Shown in pieces: positions 9,590-23,300 of a stretch of DNA of 64,000 bases (its first letter is position 1; each line of letters starts with the position of its first letter). Source of the DNA: Eledone cirrhosa (taxonomy: Eukaryota); NCBI GenBank assembly GCA_964016885.1, contig OZ024747.1:61070001-61134000 (forward strand), read 5' to 3'. A model generated the notes under the pieces. That model did not search any database and had not been told where the DNA came from. It saw only the letters and a program-made list of their open reading frames with translations. The position numbers and the translations under genes are program-made.

Positions 9590-10490
9590 CATATGACATG
9601 TGTTGATGTATATGACCTACTTATCATACTTGACAATATATGACTTACCTATTAATGTAGGTGACCGACCTGTCAATGTGTGACCTATCTGTCAGTGTGA
9701 CCTACCTGTTAATGTTGATGTCCTACCTTTCAACATACGACCTACCTGTTAATATGTGACCTAAATAACAATATATGACCTACCTGTTAATGTAGATGAC
9801 CTACCTATCATTTTATTTTTGGTAATTCTTTATTAACTGTTATAAGTTAATATTATAAAGTAGAGGGTCGGACGCCATGCTTTGATGCATAGAGTTACGG
9901 CCCTTGCCATTCTGAGTTCAAATCCCGCCGAGATTAACTTTGCCTTTCATCCTTACGGGGTCGATAAAATAAAGAAACAGTAATGTACTGGCCTTGTGCC
10001 AATAGTAGAAACAATTATAAAGTTAGACAAAAAAATAATCTTTAAATGAAAAAAAAGGGGAAAAAGAGAATGAATCAATGAAAGAAAAGGAGGGATGGAC
10101 AGCCTCTACACTGCAGTCGGGGGGGGGGGGTTAATTCTGCTGTGATGACCTACTTGTCAACATATGAACTAACCCTAATACATGACACACCTGTTATTAT
10201 GATATACCTGTCAACATATGATTTACCTATCATTTGATATGTGACACACCTGATATTATGATATACCTGTCAACATATGATTTACCTATCATTTGATATT
10301 TGACACACCTGCCAGCATATGATTTACCTATTATTTTGATATATGACTTACCTGCCAATGTTTATGACCTAACTATCAACACATCACCTACCTGTCATTA
10401 TATGACCTAATTGACATACTTGCCAGCATATGTGGCATACCTATCACTATATTACCTCCTTATTAATATATGACTTACCTGTCAGCAAAA
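9590..10490. repeat. Degenerate ~19-22-bp tandem repeat (ATATGACCTACCTGTCAAC-like), interrupted by a SINE and unique DNA
   Basis: Recurrent TGACCTACCTGT/TGACTTACCT motifs at 9590-9810 and 10146-10490. Confidence 0.75.
9860..10013 (+). mobile_element. 5'-truncated SINE family A copy with a 10-bp TSD
   Basis: High similarity to 3732-3897. ATTATAAAGT is present at 9852-9861 and 10014-10023. Confidence 0.92.
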
Positions 10491-10494
10491 CTAA

Positions 10495-10850
10495 CTGTCA
10501 ACAACTCACCTACCTGTCAACAACTCACCTTCCTGTCAACAACTCACTTACCTGTCAACAACTCACCTTCCTGTCAACAACTCACTTACCTGTCAACAAC
10601 TCACCTTCCTGTCAACTCACCTTCCTGTCAAGAACTCATCTACCTGTCAACAACTCACCTACTTGTCAACTCACCTTCCTGTCAACAACTCACCTACTTG
10701 TCAACTCACCTTCCTGTCAACTCTCTTACCTGTCAACAACTCACCTTCCTGTCAACAACTCACCTACCTGTCAACAACTCACCTTCCTGTCAAGAACTCA
10801 TCTACCTGTCAACAACACACCTACCTGTCAACAACACATCTACCTGTCAG
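10495..10850. repeat. 19-bp minisatellite ACAACTCACC(T/A)CCTGTCA-type, with 16-bp variants
   Basis: Units at 10501, 10520, 10539, etc. Confidence 0.92.
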
Positions 10851-10935
10851 CATATAACCAACTCACCCACACAAATAAAATCTGTTCAGATGTTATATGA
10901 AAAAGATATAAAAAGAAATTATCAAAACTATTAGT

Positions 10936-11297
10936 GAAGACATGGCTGTGAAGTTAAAGAGTTTGTTTTGAGGTCACATGGTTTTAAGTTCAGTCTCATT
11001 GTACAGGATTCTTGCAGAGTTTCTTTTACTATAGCCTCAGGTTGACCAATCCCTCATGGGTGAACTTTGGTAGATAGAAATTGTGTTTATATAAGTGTAT
11101 GTACTTGTGTTAATGTTCACTAGTTAGTTTTATTTCCCCTACAACATAGCATTTTGACAAATAGAGATCGATAAAATAACTACCAGGCTTGATGTAAAAA
11201 GGAGCAGGTACTGGGGTTGATATGATCCATTAAATCCCATGAAAGTGGTGTGCTAGCATGGCCACAGTCTAATGACTGAAACCAAAAAATAAATAAA
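10936..11297 (+). mobile_element. Diverged tRNA-derived SINE family B
   Basis: Has a tRNA-like head (TGGCTGTGAAGT...AGTTCAGTCTC), then TACTATAGCCTCAGGTTGACCAA..TTTGGTAGA, a GATCGATAAAATAACTACCAGG..TACTGGGGTTGAT segment shared with family A, and ends AGCATGGCCACAGTCTAATGACTGAAAC plus an A-rich tail. It resembles a common octopod SINE from memory. Confidence 0.7.
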
Positions 11298-11399
11298 TGT
11301 CTGTGGATGCAAAGGGCAGAAGAACTCATAAGAGTCAATGGCCATCCAAAAATCTGTAAATATGTATATATACTTGTACATATGTATGTATATGTATAT

Positions 11400-11748
11400 G
11401 TGCACGGGGACATAGAAATAATCGGGCTGGATACCCAATCGCACGGTTAAACCACTGGGAGTAAAGGACCCCTAGCTTTTGTCAGGGCATTTTTCTAGAA
11501 GGCAACTCAGGAAACTGGGATAACCCCGATATAAAACCTGCAGCTCAGTAGTTACCGATGATGTTGATCATTTCTTCTTTTCGGGTTATAGCTACTGTCA
11601 CTCAGAGAGTGGAATTGGCTCAGTGCACAGTCTTTACTCACTTTAAAAAATCTTCACGCACAGGCATTGCACAATAGAATTAATTAATAATTATTAATAA
11701 TGGTATATCGTGCAATGGCCATACACGATAACGAGGGGGCAGCCATCA
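11400..11748. other. Higher-complexity, CpG-containing segment between microsatellites; possibly an unclassified interspersed-repeat fragment
   Basis: Compositional contrast with the flanks only. No ORF or motif was confidently recognised. Confidence 0.25.
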
Positions 11749-11818
11749 TGTATATATGTATTAATTTATTTATGTATGTATGTGAGTGTATATGTATGTA
11801 TGTACATATATATGTATA

Positions 11819-12040
11819 CCATCATCATCATCATTTAATGTCTTTCTTCCATGCTAGCATGGGTTTAGATGGGAATTGTCCTACTTGAGGCAAGATTGGT
11901 CGGGTGACCGTGTCTCAACCGTATAGGACTGTCTGGCAGGTTTTCTACGGCTGGATGCCTTTCCTAACACCAACCACGTTTACAGTATGGACTGGGAGGT
12001 TTTTACCGTGTTACCTACATGGCCACATTACAGCATGGAC
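11819..12040 (-). mobile_element. Element G 3' fragment, the best-preserved copy in the window
   Basis: (CAT)5-TTAATGTCTTTCTTCCATGCTAGCATGGG...TTTTCTACGGCTGGATGCCTTTCCTAACACCAACCACGTTTACAGTATGGACTGGGAGGTTTTTACCGTG. It is inserted in a TA/TG microsatellite. Confidence 0.8.
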
Positions 12041-12197
12041 TGTGTGTACATGTATGTTTTTATGTATATATGTGTGTATGTATGCATGTATATATATATA
12101 TATATATATATGTATATGTATGTTTTTTTGTATGTATGCATGTATATATATATATATGTATATGTATGTTTTTATGTATATATGTGTGTATGTATGC

Positions 12198-12261
<64 letters not shown>

Positions 12262-12386
12262 TTGTATGTATATATCTGTGTATGTATATATATATATGTA
12301 TGTATGTTTGTATGTATATATCTGTGTATGTATATATATATATATATATATATATGTTTGTATGTATATGTGTGTGTGTGTGTATG

Positions 12387-12442
<56 letters not shown>

Positions 12443-12471
12443 TGTATGTATATATGTATGTATGTGTGTAT
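12041..12471. repeat. Compound (TA)n/(TATG)n/(TG)n microsatellite
   Basis: Direct inspection. Confidence 0.95.
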
Positions 12472-12926
12472 AGTTATAACAGTTACAGTATAGAAACAAC
12501 ACAACAAAGGAGTATGCTTTTAGTCAAAGATTTCATAATAGAATTTTCCATTAAATATTATGCAGTAAAGATTAGACGTTTGTTTTTTTACTTGCTTTTT
12601 TGTGTTGTTTATTATTATAATTATTGTTTGTATTTTTAATATTTTGAAAATCACCTCATGGTTTTGGAGAGGAAAAAAATTAATAATGATATAATATGAA
12701 ATAATAAATAAATGCAAAATCTCAATTATCCAAAGCAAAATTAAAATGATGAGAAAACAAAGAGATTTTAATGTTTTAAAACAGAGTTAGGAAGATTGTC
12801 CTAGAGATAATGTTTACTTGCTGATCAGAAGATGTGAAGGAAACAGGGCAATAGTCTTGAGTAAGAGTGTGATATACATACACACACACATATATATATG
12901 ATGATGATATATATATATATATATAT

Positions 12927-12971
12927 CATCATCATCATACGTCCGCTTTTCCCTGCTTGCAAGGGTAGGAC
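12927..12971 (-). mobile_element. Minimal (~45 bp) element G 3' terminus inserted in (TA)n
   Basis: (CAT)4-ACGTCCGCTTTTCCCTGCTTGCAAGGGTAGGAC aligns with the reverse complement of the satellite module (CATCGTTTAACGTCCCTGTTCCACGCTTGCATGGGT). Confidence 0.7.
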
Positions 12972-13129
12972 TATATATATATATATTTATTTACTTATAT
13001 ATATATATATGCTTATATATATGTGTTTGTGTGTGTATGCATGTATGTGTGTGTGTATATATATGTGTGTGAGTGTGTATTACATATATATATATATATA
13101 TGTGTGTGTGAGTTGTATATATATATAAT

Positions 13130-13317
13130 TGTTTCTACTTTTGGCACAAGGCCAGCAATTACCCCAGTACATTACTGGTACTTCATTTTATCGACCCCGT
13201 AAGGATGAAAGGCAAAGTTAACCTCGGCGGGATTTGAACTCAGAATGGCAAGGGCCGTAACTCTATGTGTCAAAGCATGGCATCCGACCCTCTACCGATA
13301 CTGCCAATTCACTACCA
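13130..13317 (-). mobile_element. Full-length SINE family A copy with a 16-bp TSD
   Basis: Reverse-complement match to 3711-3897. TGTATATATATATAAT is present at 13114-13129 and 13318-13333. Confidence 0.93.
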
Positions 13318-13969
13318 TGTATATATATATAATGTGTGTGAGTGTGCATTATATATATGTGTGTGAGTGTGTATATATATAATGTGTGTGAGTGTGTATT
13401 ATATATATAATGTGTGTGTATATATAATGAGTGTGAGTGTATATATATATAATATATAATATATATATATATATATATATAGGGGTTTATTCATATAAAA
13501 ACATTGACTATGCTGAAGAGAAATGACTTTATATATATTTTAATAATGTTATCTATTCTTTGGTTTTTCTATCAGCTCATGAATGGCTCCAAATTACTTG
13601 GTTAAAATTTTCAAAATTACCAAAAGTTAAATAAATATATAAATATTTTTTTAATAATATATTATCGAAATATAATAAAAGGAAAAAATGATAAAATACG
13701 AAAAAGTGGTTGAAAACTAAAATATTGAAATAAAATTTCTTAAAAAGAATCACAAACTGTAATCTTTGTAGTTCGTAATTTTCTAAAATGGATACTTAAT
13801 GAAAAATATATTTCATTTCTTTGAGAAATTGCTTCTGAACGTTTGATATTTAATGAAGGAAGTTAAATGGAAGATAGTTACGGAAGTTCTATGATTGCAA
13901 TATCAAGTAGTGCTACTTTAGTTAGGATGAACTCTCTCTAAATGGACAGGAATACACATGGAAAGCAAC

Positions 13970-16900
13970 ACATCATTATCATTATCAGCAGCAGCAAATT
14001 TATCATCACTATCATCATAGTCATCATCGTTAGCACCACATCATCATCATCTTCATCTTCATCTTCATCATCATCATCAAATTCATCACCGTCATCATCA
14101 TCATCATCGTTATCACCACCACCATCAATATTATCATCATCACCACCACCACCAACATTATCATAATTACCACCATCAGCACCATCACCATTATCACCAC
14201 CATCACCATTATCATCATCACCACCATCACCATCAACATTATTACCATTATCACCAGCACCACCATCATCATTATCATCATCACCACCATCACCATCCAT
14301 TATCACCACCACCACCATCAACATTAACATCATCACTATTATCACCAGCACCACCATTATCATCATCACCACCATCACCATTATCATCATCACCACCACC
14401 ACCACCATCAACATTTTCATCACCAGCACCATCACCACTATAACCAGCACCACCATTATCATCATCACAACCATCACCATTATCATCATCACCACCACCA
14501 CCACCATCAACATTTTCATCACCAGCACCACCACCACCACCATTATCATCACCACCACCAACACCATCATCACCATCACCACCACCATCAACATCATCAC
14601 CATTATCACCATCAACAGCACCATTATCACCACCATCACCATTATTATCATCATCACCATCACCATTATCATCACCACCAACACCATCACCATCAACATT
14701 ATCATCACCACCATCACCACCATTATCATCATCACCAACACCATCACCATTATCATTATCACCAGCACCACCATCACCATTATCATCATCACCAGCACCA
14801 CCACCATCCATTATCACCACCATCAACATTATCATCATCACCACCACCATCACCATCCATTATCACCACCATCACCACCATCAACATTATTACCATTATC
14901 ATCATCACCACCATCACCATTATTACCACCACCACCATCAACATTATCATCATCACTATTATCACCACCACCACCATCAACATTTTCATCACCACTATAA
15001 CCAGCACCACCATTATCATCATCACAACCATCACCATTATCATCATCACCACCATCACCATTATCACCAGCACCACCACCACCACCAACATTATCATCAT
15101 CACCACCATCACCATGACCATTATCACCAGCACCACCATCATCACCATTATCACCATCAACAGCACCATTATCACCACCATCACCATCATCACCACCATT
15201 ATGATCATCACCAGCACCACCACCACCATCCATTATCACCACCACCATCACCATTATCATCATAACCACCACCACCACCATCAACATTATCATCACCACC
15301 ATTATCATCACCACCAGCACCACCATTATCACCACCATCACCATTATCATCATCACCAACACCATCACCATTATCATCATCACCAACACCATCACCATTA
15401 TCATCATCACCACCATCAACATTATCACCATCACCATTATCATCATCATCACCACCATCACCATTATCACCAGCACCACCATTATCACCATCACCATCAC
15501 CATCACCATTATCACCAGCACCACCATCACCATTATCATCATCACCACCACCACCACCAGCAGCATTATCATCATCACCATCACCACCATCAACATTATC
15601 ATCATCACCAACACCATCATCACCACCACCATCACCAGCACCACCATCACCACTATCATCATCACCACCACCACCATCAACATTATCATCATCACCATTA
15701 TCACCAGCACCACCATCACCATTATCATCATAACCACCACCACCACCATCAACATTATCACCATCACCACCATCACCATTATCACCATCATCACCACCAC
15801 CACCATCAACATTATCATCATCACCACCATCACCATCACCAGCACCACCATCACCATTATCATCATAACCACCACCACCATCAACATTATCATCACCACC
15901 AATAACATCACCACCATCACCAGCACCACCATTATCACCACCACCATGATCATCATCACCACCACCACCATCAACATTATCATCATCACCACCATCACCA
16001 TTATCACCACCACACCATCAACATAACCACCACCATTATCATCATCAACATTATTACCATTATCACCATTGTCATCATCACCACCACCACCATCACCACC
16101 ACCACCATTATCATCATCACCACCACCACCATTATCATCATCACCACCACCACCATTATCATCATCACCACCATCACCATTATCACCAGCACCACCATTA
16201 TCATCATCACCATTATCACCAGCACCACCATCACCATTATCATCATCACCACCATCACCATCCATTATCACCACCACCATTATCATCATCACCACCATCA
16301 CCATTATCATCATCACCATTATCACCAGCACCACCATCACCATTATCATCATCACCACCACCACCATTATCATCATCACCACCACCACCATCAACATTTT
16401 CATCACCAGCACCATCACCACTATAACCAGCACCACCAATATCATCATCACAACCATCACCATTATCATCATCACCACCATCACCATTATCACCAGCACC
16501 ACCACCACCATTATCATCACCACCACCACCAACACCATCATCACCATTATCACCACCACCACCATCAACATTATCATCATCACCACCATCACCACCATCA
16601 CCATCATCAGCACCATTATCACCACCATCACCATTATCATCATCACCACCATCACCATTATCATCATAACCACCACCACCACCATCACCAACACCATCAC
16701 CATCACCATTATCATCATCACCACCATCACCATTATCGCCAGCACCACCATCACCATCCATTATCACCATTATCATCATCACCAACACCACCATCAACAT
16801 TATCATCATCACCACCATCACCATTATCACCATCACCACCATCACCATTATCATCATCACCACCACACCATCAACATCACCATTATCATCATCACCACCA

Positions 16901-17375
16901 TCAACATTATTACCATTATCACCATCACCACCATCACCATTATCACCAGCACCACCATCACCATTATAATCATCACCACCATCACCATCCATTATCACCA
17001 CCACCATTATCATCATCACCACCACCACCAACATTATCATCATCACTATTATCACCAGCACCACCATCACCATTATCATCATCACCACCACCACCATCAA
17101 CAATTTCATCACCAGCACCATCACCACTATAACCAGCACCACCATTATCACCATCACCACCACCACCATTATCACCAGCACCATCATCACCAGCACCACC
17201 AGCACCACCATCACCATTATCATCATCACCACCATCACCATTATCACCATCACCACCATTATCACCATTATCATCATCACCACCATTGCCATTATCATCA
17301 TCACCATTATCACCACCACCACCATCAACATCCTCACCATCATCATCACCTCCATCACATTATCATCACCATCAT
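13970..17375. repeat. 3.4-kb degenerate trinucleotide array (CAT/CAC/TAT/CAG/CAA)n with internal block duplications
   Basis: An A is almost invariant every third base. Rare markers recur: CATCCATTATC (about 7 times) and CACTATAACCAGCACC (about 4 times). Confidence 0.97.
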
Positions 17376-17396
17376 TGTTTAACATCTATTTCCCAT
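17376..17396 (-). mobile_element. Remnant element G 3' terminus at the junction between the CAT tract and the satellite
   Basis: CATCAT-TGTTTAACATCTATTTCCCAT, compared with CATCAT-CGTTTAACGTCCCTGTTCCAC (module reverse complement) and CAT-TTCATGTCTATTTTCCAT (7283-7303). Confidence 0.65.
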
Positions 17397-20300
17397 AGAG
17401 ACACTGATATGGACATATACACATATATAGAGACACTGATATGGACATATACACATGTATAGAGACATTGATATGGACATATACACATATACAGAGACAC
17501 TGATATGGACATATACACATATATAGAGACATTGATATGAACATATACACATATATAGACATTGATATGAACATATACACATATATAGAGACACTGATAT
17601 GAACATATACACATAAATAGAGACACTGATATGAACATATACACATATATAGAGACACTGATATGGACATATACACATATATAGAGACACTGATATGAAC
17701 ATATACACATATATAGAGACACTGATATGGACATATACACATGTATAGAGACATTGATATGGACATATACACATATACAGAGACACTGATATGGACAGAT
17801 ACACATATATAGAGACATTGATATGAACATATACACATATATAGAGACATTGATAAGGACATATACAAATATATAGAGACATTGATATGGACCTATACAC
17901 ATATATAGACACTGATATAGACATATACACATATATAGAGACACTGATATGGACATATACATATATATAGAGACACTGATATGGACATATACACATATAT
18001 AGAGACATTGATAAGGACATATACACATATATAGACACTGATATGGACATATACACATATATAGAGACACTAATATGGACATATACACATATATAGAGAC
18101 ACTGATATGAACATATATACATATATAGAGACATTGATATGGACATATACACATATATAGAGACACGGATATGGACTTATACACATATATAGAGACATTG
18201 ATATCGACATATACACATATATAGAGACATTGATATGGACATATACACATATATAGAGACACTGATATGGACATATACACATATATAGAGACGTTGATAT
18301 GGACATATACACATATATAGAGACACTGATATGGACATATACACATATATAGAGACAATGATATGGACATATACACATATATATAGACATTGATATGGAC
18401 ATATACACCCATGCAAGCGTGGAACAGGGACGTTAAACGATGATGATGACAAATATATAGAGACATTAATATGAACATAAATACATATATAGAGACATTG
18501 ATATGAACATATACACATACATAGAAACACTGATATGACACACATATATAGAGACACTGATATGGACATATACATATATATAGAGACACTAATATGAACA
18601 TATACACATATATAGAAACACTGATATGAACATATACACATATATAGAGACACTAATATGAACATATACACATATATAGAGACATTGATATGAACATATA
18701 CACATATATAGAGACATTGATATGAACATATACACATATATAGACACAGATACGGACATATACACATGTATAGAGACATTGATATGGACATATACACATA
18801 TATAGAGACACTGATATGGACATATACACATACATAGAGACACTGATATGGACATATACACATATATAGAGACATTGATATGAACATATACACATATATA
18901 GAGATATTGATATGGACATATACACATATATAGAGACACTGATATGGACATATTACACATACATAGAGACACTGATATGGACATATACACATATATAGAG
19001 ACACTGATATGGACATATAGACATATATATAGACATTGATATGGACATATACACCCATGCAAGCGTGGAACAGGGACGTTAAACGATGATGATGATGATG
19101 ATGATGACACATATATAGAGACATTAATATGAACATATATACATATATAGAGACATTGATATGAACATATACACATACATAGAAACACTGATATGAACAT
19201 ATACACATATATAGAGACATTGATATGGACATATACACATATATAGAGACACTAATATGAACATATACACATATATAGAGACATTGATATGGACATATAC
19301 ACATATATAGAGACACTGAAATGAACATATACACATATATACAGACACTGATATGGACATATACACATATATAGAGACACTAATATGAACATATACACAT
19401 ATATAGAGACATTGATATGGACATATACACATATATATAGAGACATTGATATGAACATATACACATATATAGAGACATTGATATGGACATATACACATAC
19501 ATAGAAACACTGATATGAACATATACACATATATAGAGACACTGATATGGACATATACACATATATAGAGACATTGGTATGGACATATACACATATATAG
19601 AGACATTGATATGGACATATACACATATTTAGAGACATTGATATGAACATATACACATATATAGAGACATTGGTATGGACATATACACATATATAGAGAC
19701 ATTGATATGGACATATACACATATTTAGAGACATTGATATGAACATATACACATATATAGAGACACTGATATGGACATATACACATCTATAGAGACATTG
19801 ATATGAACATATACACATATACAGAGACACTAATATGAACATATACACATATATAGAGACATTGATATGGACATATACACATATATATAGAGACATTGAT
19901 ATGAACATATACACATATATAGAGACATTGATATGGACATATACACATCTATAGAGACATTGATATGAACATATACACATATACAGAGACACTGATATGA
20001 ACATATACAAATATATACAGACATTGATATGGACATATACACATATATAGAGACACTGATATGGACATATACACATATATAGACATTGATATGGACATAT
20101 ACACCCATGCAAGCGTGGAACAGGGACGTTAAACGATGATGATGATGATGACACATATATAGAGACATTAATATGAACATATATACATATATAGAGACAT
20201 TGATATGAACATATACACATACATAGAAACACTGATATGAACATATACACATATATAGAGACATTGATATGGACATATACACATATATAGAGACATTGAT

Positions 20301-23300
20301 ATGAACATATACACATATATAGAAACACTGATATGAACATATACACATATATAGAGACACTAATATGTACATATACACATATATAGAGACATTGATATGG
20401 ACATATACACATATATAGAGACATTGATATGGACATATACACATATATAGACACAGATACGGACATATACACATGTATAGAGACATTGATATGGACATAT
20501 ACACATATATAGAGACACTGATATGGACATATACACATACATAGAGACACTGATATGGACATATACACATATATAGAGACATTGATATGAACATATACAC
20601 ATATATAGAGATATTGATATGGACATATACACATATATAGAGACACTGATATGGACATATTACACATACATAGAGACACTGATATGGACATATACACATA
20701 TATAGAGACACTGATATGGACATATAGACATATATATAGACATTGATATGGACATATACACCCATGCAAGCGTGGAACAGGGACGTTAAACGATGATGAT
20801 GATGATGATGATGACACATATATAGAGACATTAATATGAACATATATACATATATAGAGACATTGATATGAACATATACACATACATAGAAACACTGATA
20901 TGAACATATACACATATATAGAGACATTGATATGGACATATACACATATATAGAGACACTAATATGAACATATACACATATATAGAGACATTGATATGGA
21001 CATATACACATATATAGAGACACTGAAATGAACATATACACATATATACAGACACTGATATGGACATATACACATATATAGAGACACTAATATGAACATA
21101 TACACATATATAGAGACATTGATATGGACATATACACATATATATAGAGACATTGATATGAACATATACACATATATAGAGACATTGATATGGACATATA
21201 CACATACATAGAAACACTGATATGAACATATACACATATATAGAGACACTGATATGGACATATACACATATATAGAGACATTGGTATGGACATATACACA
21301 TATATAGAGACATTGATATGGACATATACACATATTTAGAGACATTGATATGAACATATACACATATATAGAGACATTGGTATGGACATATACACATATA
21401 TAGAGACATTGATATGGACATATACACATATTTAGAGACATTGATATGAACATATACACATATATAGAGACACTGATATGGACATATACACATCTATAGA
21501 GACATTGATATGAACATATACACATATACAGAGACACTAATATGAACATATACACATATATAGAGACATTGATATGGACATATACACATATATATAGAGA
21601 CATTGATATGAACATATACACATATATAGAGACATTGATATGGACATATACACATCTATAGAGACATTGATATGAACATATACACATATACAGAGACACT
21701 GATATGAACATATACAAATATATACAGACATTGATATGGACATATACACATATATAGAGACACTGATATGGACATATACACATATATAGACATTGATATG
21801 GACATATACACCCATGCAAGCGTGGAACAGGGACGTTAAACGATGATGATGATGATGACACATATATAGAGACATTAATATGAACATATATACATATATA
21901 GAGACATTGATATGAACATATACACATACATAGAAACACTGATATGAACATATACACATATATAGAGACATTGATATGGACATATACACATATATAGAGA
22001 CATTGATATGAACATATACACATATATAGAAACACTGATATGAACATATACACATATATAGAGACACTAATATGTACATATACACATATATAGAGACATT
22101 GATATGGACATATACACATATATAGAGACATTGATATGGACATATACACATATATAGACACAGATACGGACATATACACATGTATAGAGACATTGATATG
22201 GACATATACACATATATAGAGACACTGATATGGACATATACACATATATAGAGACACTAATATGAACATATACACATATATAGAGACACTAATATGAACA
22301 TATACACATATATAGAGACATTGATATGGACATATACACATATATAGAGACATTGATATGGACATATACACATATATAGAGACATTGATATGGACATATA
22401 CACATATATAGAGACATTGATATGGACATATACACATATATAGAGACACTGATATGGACATATACATATATATAGAGACACTAATATGAACATATACACA
22501 TATATAGAGACACTGATATGGACATATACACATATATAGAGACACTGATATGGACATATACACATATATAGACACAGATACGGACATATACACATATATA
22601 GAGACACGGATATGGACTTATACACATATATAGAGACATTGATATGGACATATACACCCATGCAAGCGTGGAACAGGGACGTTAAACGATGATGATGATG
22701 ATAATGATGACACATATATAGAGACATTAATATGAACATATATACATACATAGAAACACTGATATGAACATATACACATATATAGAGAGACTGATATGGA
22801 CATATACACATATATAGAGACATTGATATGGACATATACACATATATAGAGACACTGATATGGACATATACACATATATAGACATTGATATGGACATATA
22901 CACCCATGCAAGCGTGGAACAGGGACGTTAAACGATGATGATGATGATGACACATATATAGAGACACTGATATGGACATATACACATATATAGAGACACT
23001 AATATGAACATATACACATATATAGACATTGATATGGACATATACACATATATAGAGACATTGATATGAACATATACACATATACAGAGACACTGATATG
23101 AACATATACACATATATACAGACATTGATATGGACATATACACATATATAGAGACACTGATATGGACATATACACATATATAGACATTGATATGGACATA
23201 TACACCCATGCAAGCGTGGAACAGGGACGTTAAAGATGATGATGATGATGACACATATATAGAGACATTAATATGAACATATATACATATATAGAAACAT

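Larger units (their letters stand above)
12872..13481. repeat. (TA)n/(TG)n microsatellite region hosting two insertions
   Basis: Direct inspection. Confidence 0.9.

Noticed and set aside
12785-12866. Candidate exon between AAACAG and GTAAGA
   Set aside because: All three + frames contain stop codons.
11904-13128. YIYI/MCVY ORFs
   Set aside because: These are translations of (TA)n/(TG)n microsatellites.
13938-17385. Asp/Gly-rich (GDGGDDDN, Aspein-like) or poly-His ORFs
   Set aside because: The Asp/Gly frame is broken about 7 times by the same +1 CATCCATTATC insertion. There is no signal peptide or non-repetitive flank, and the tract is better explained as an expanded trinucleotide tail.
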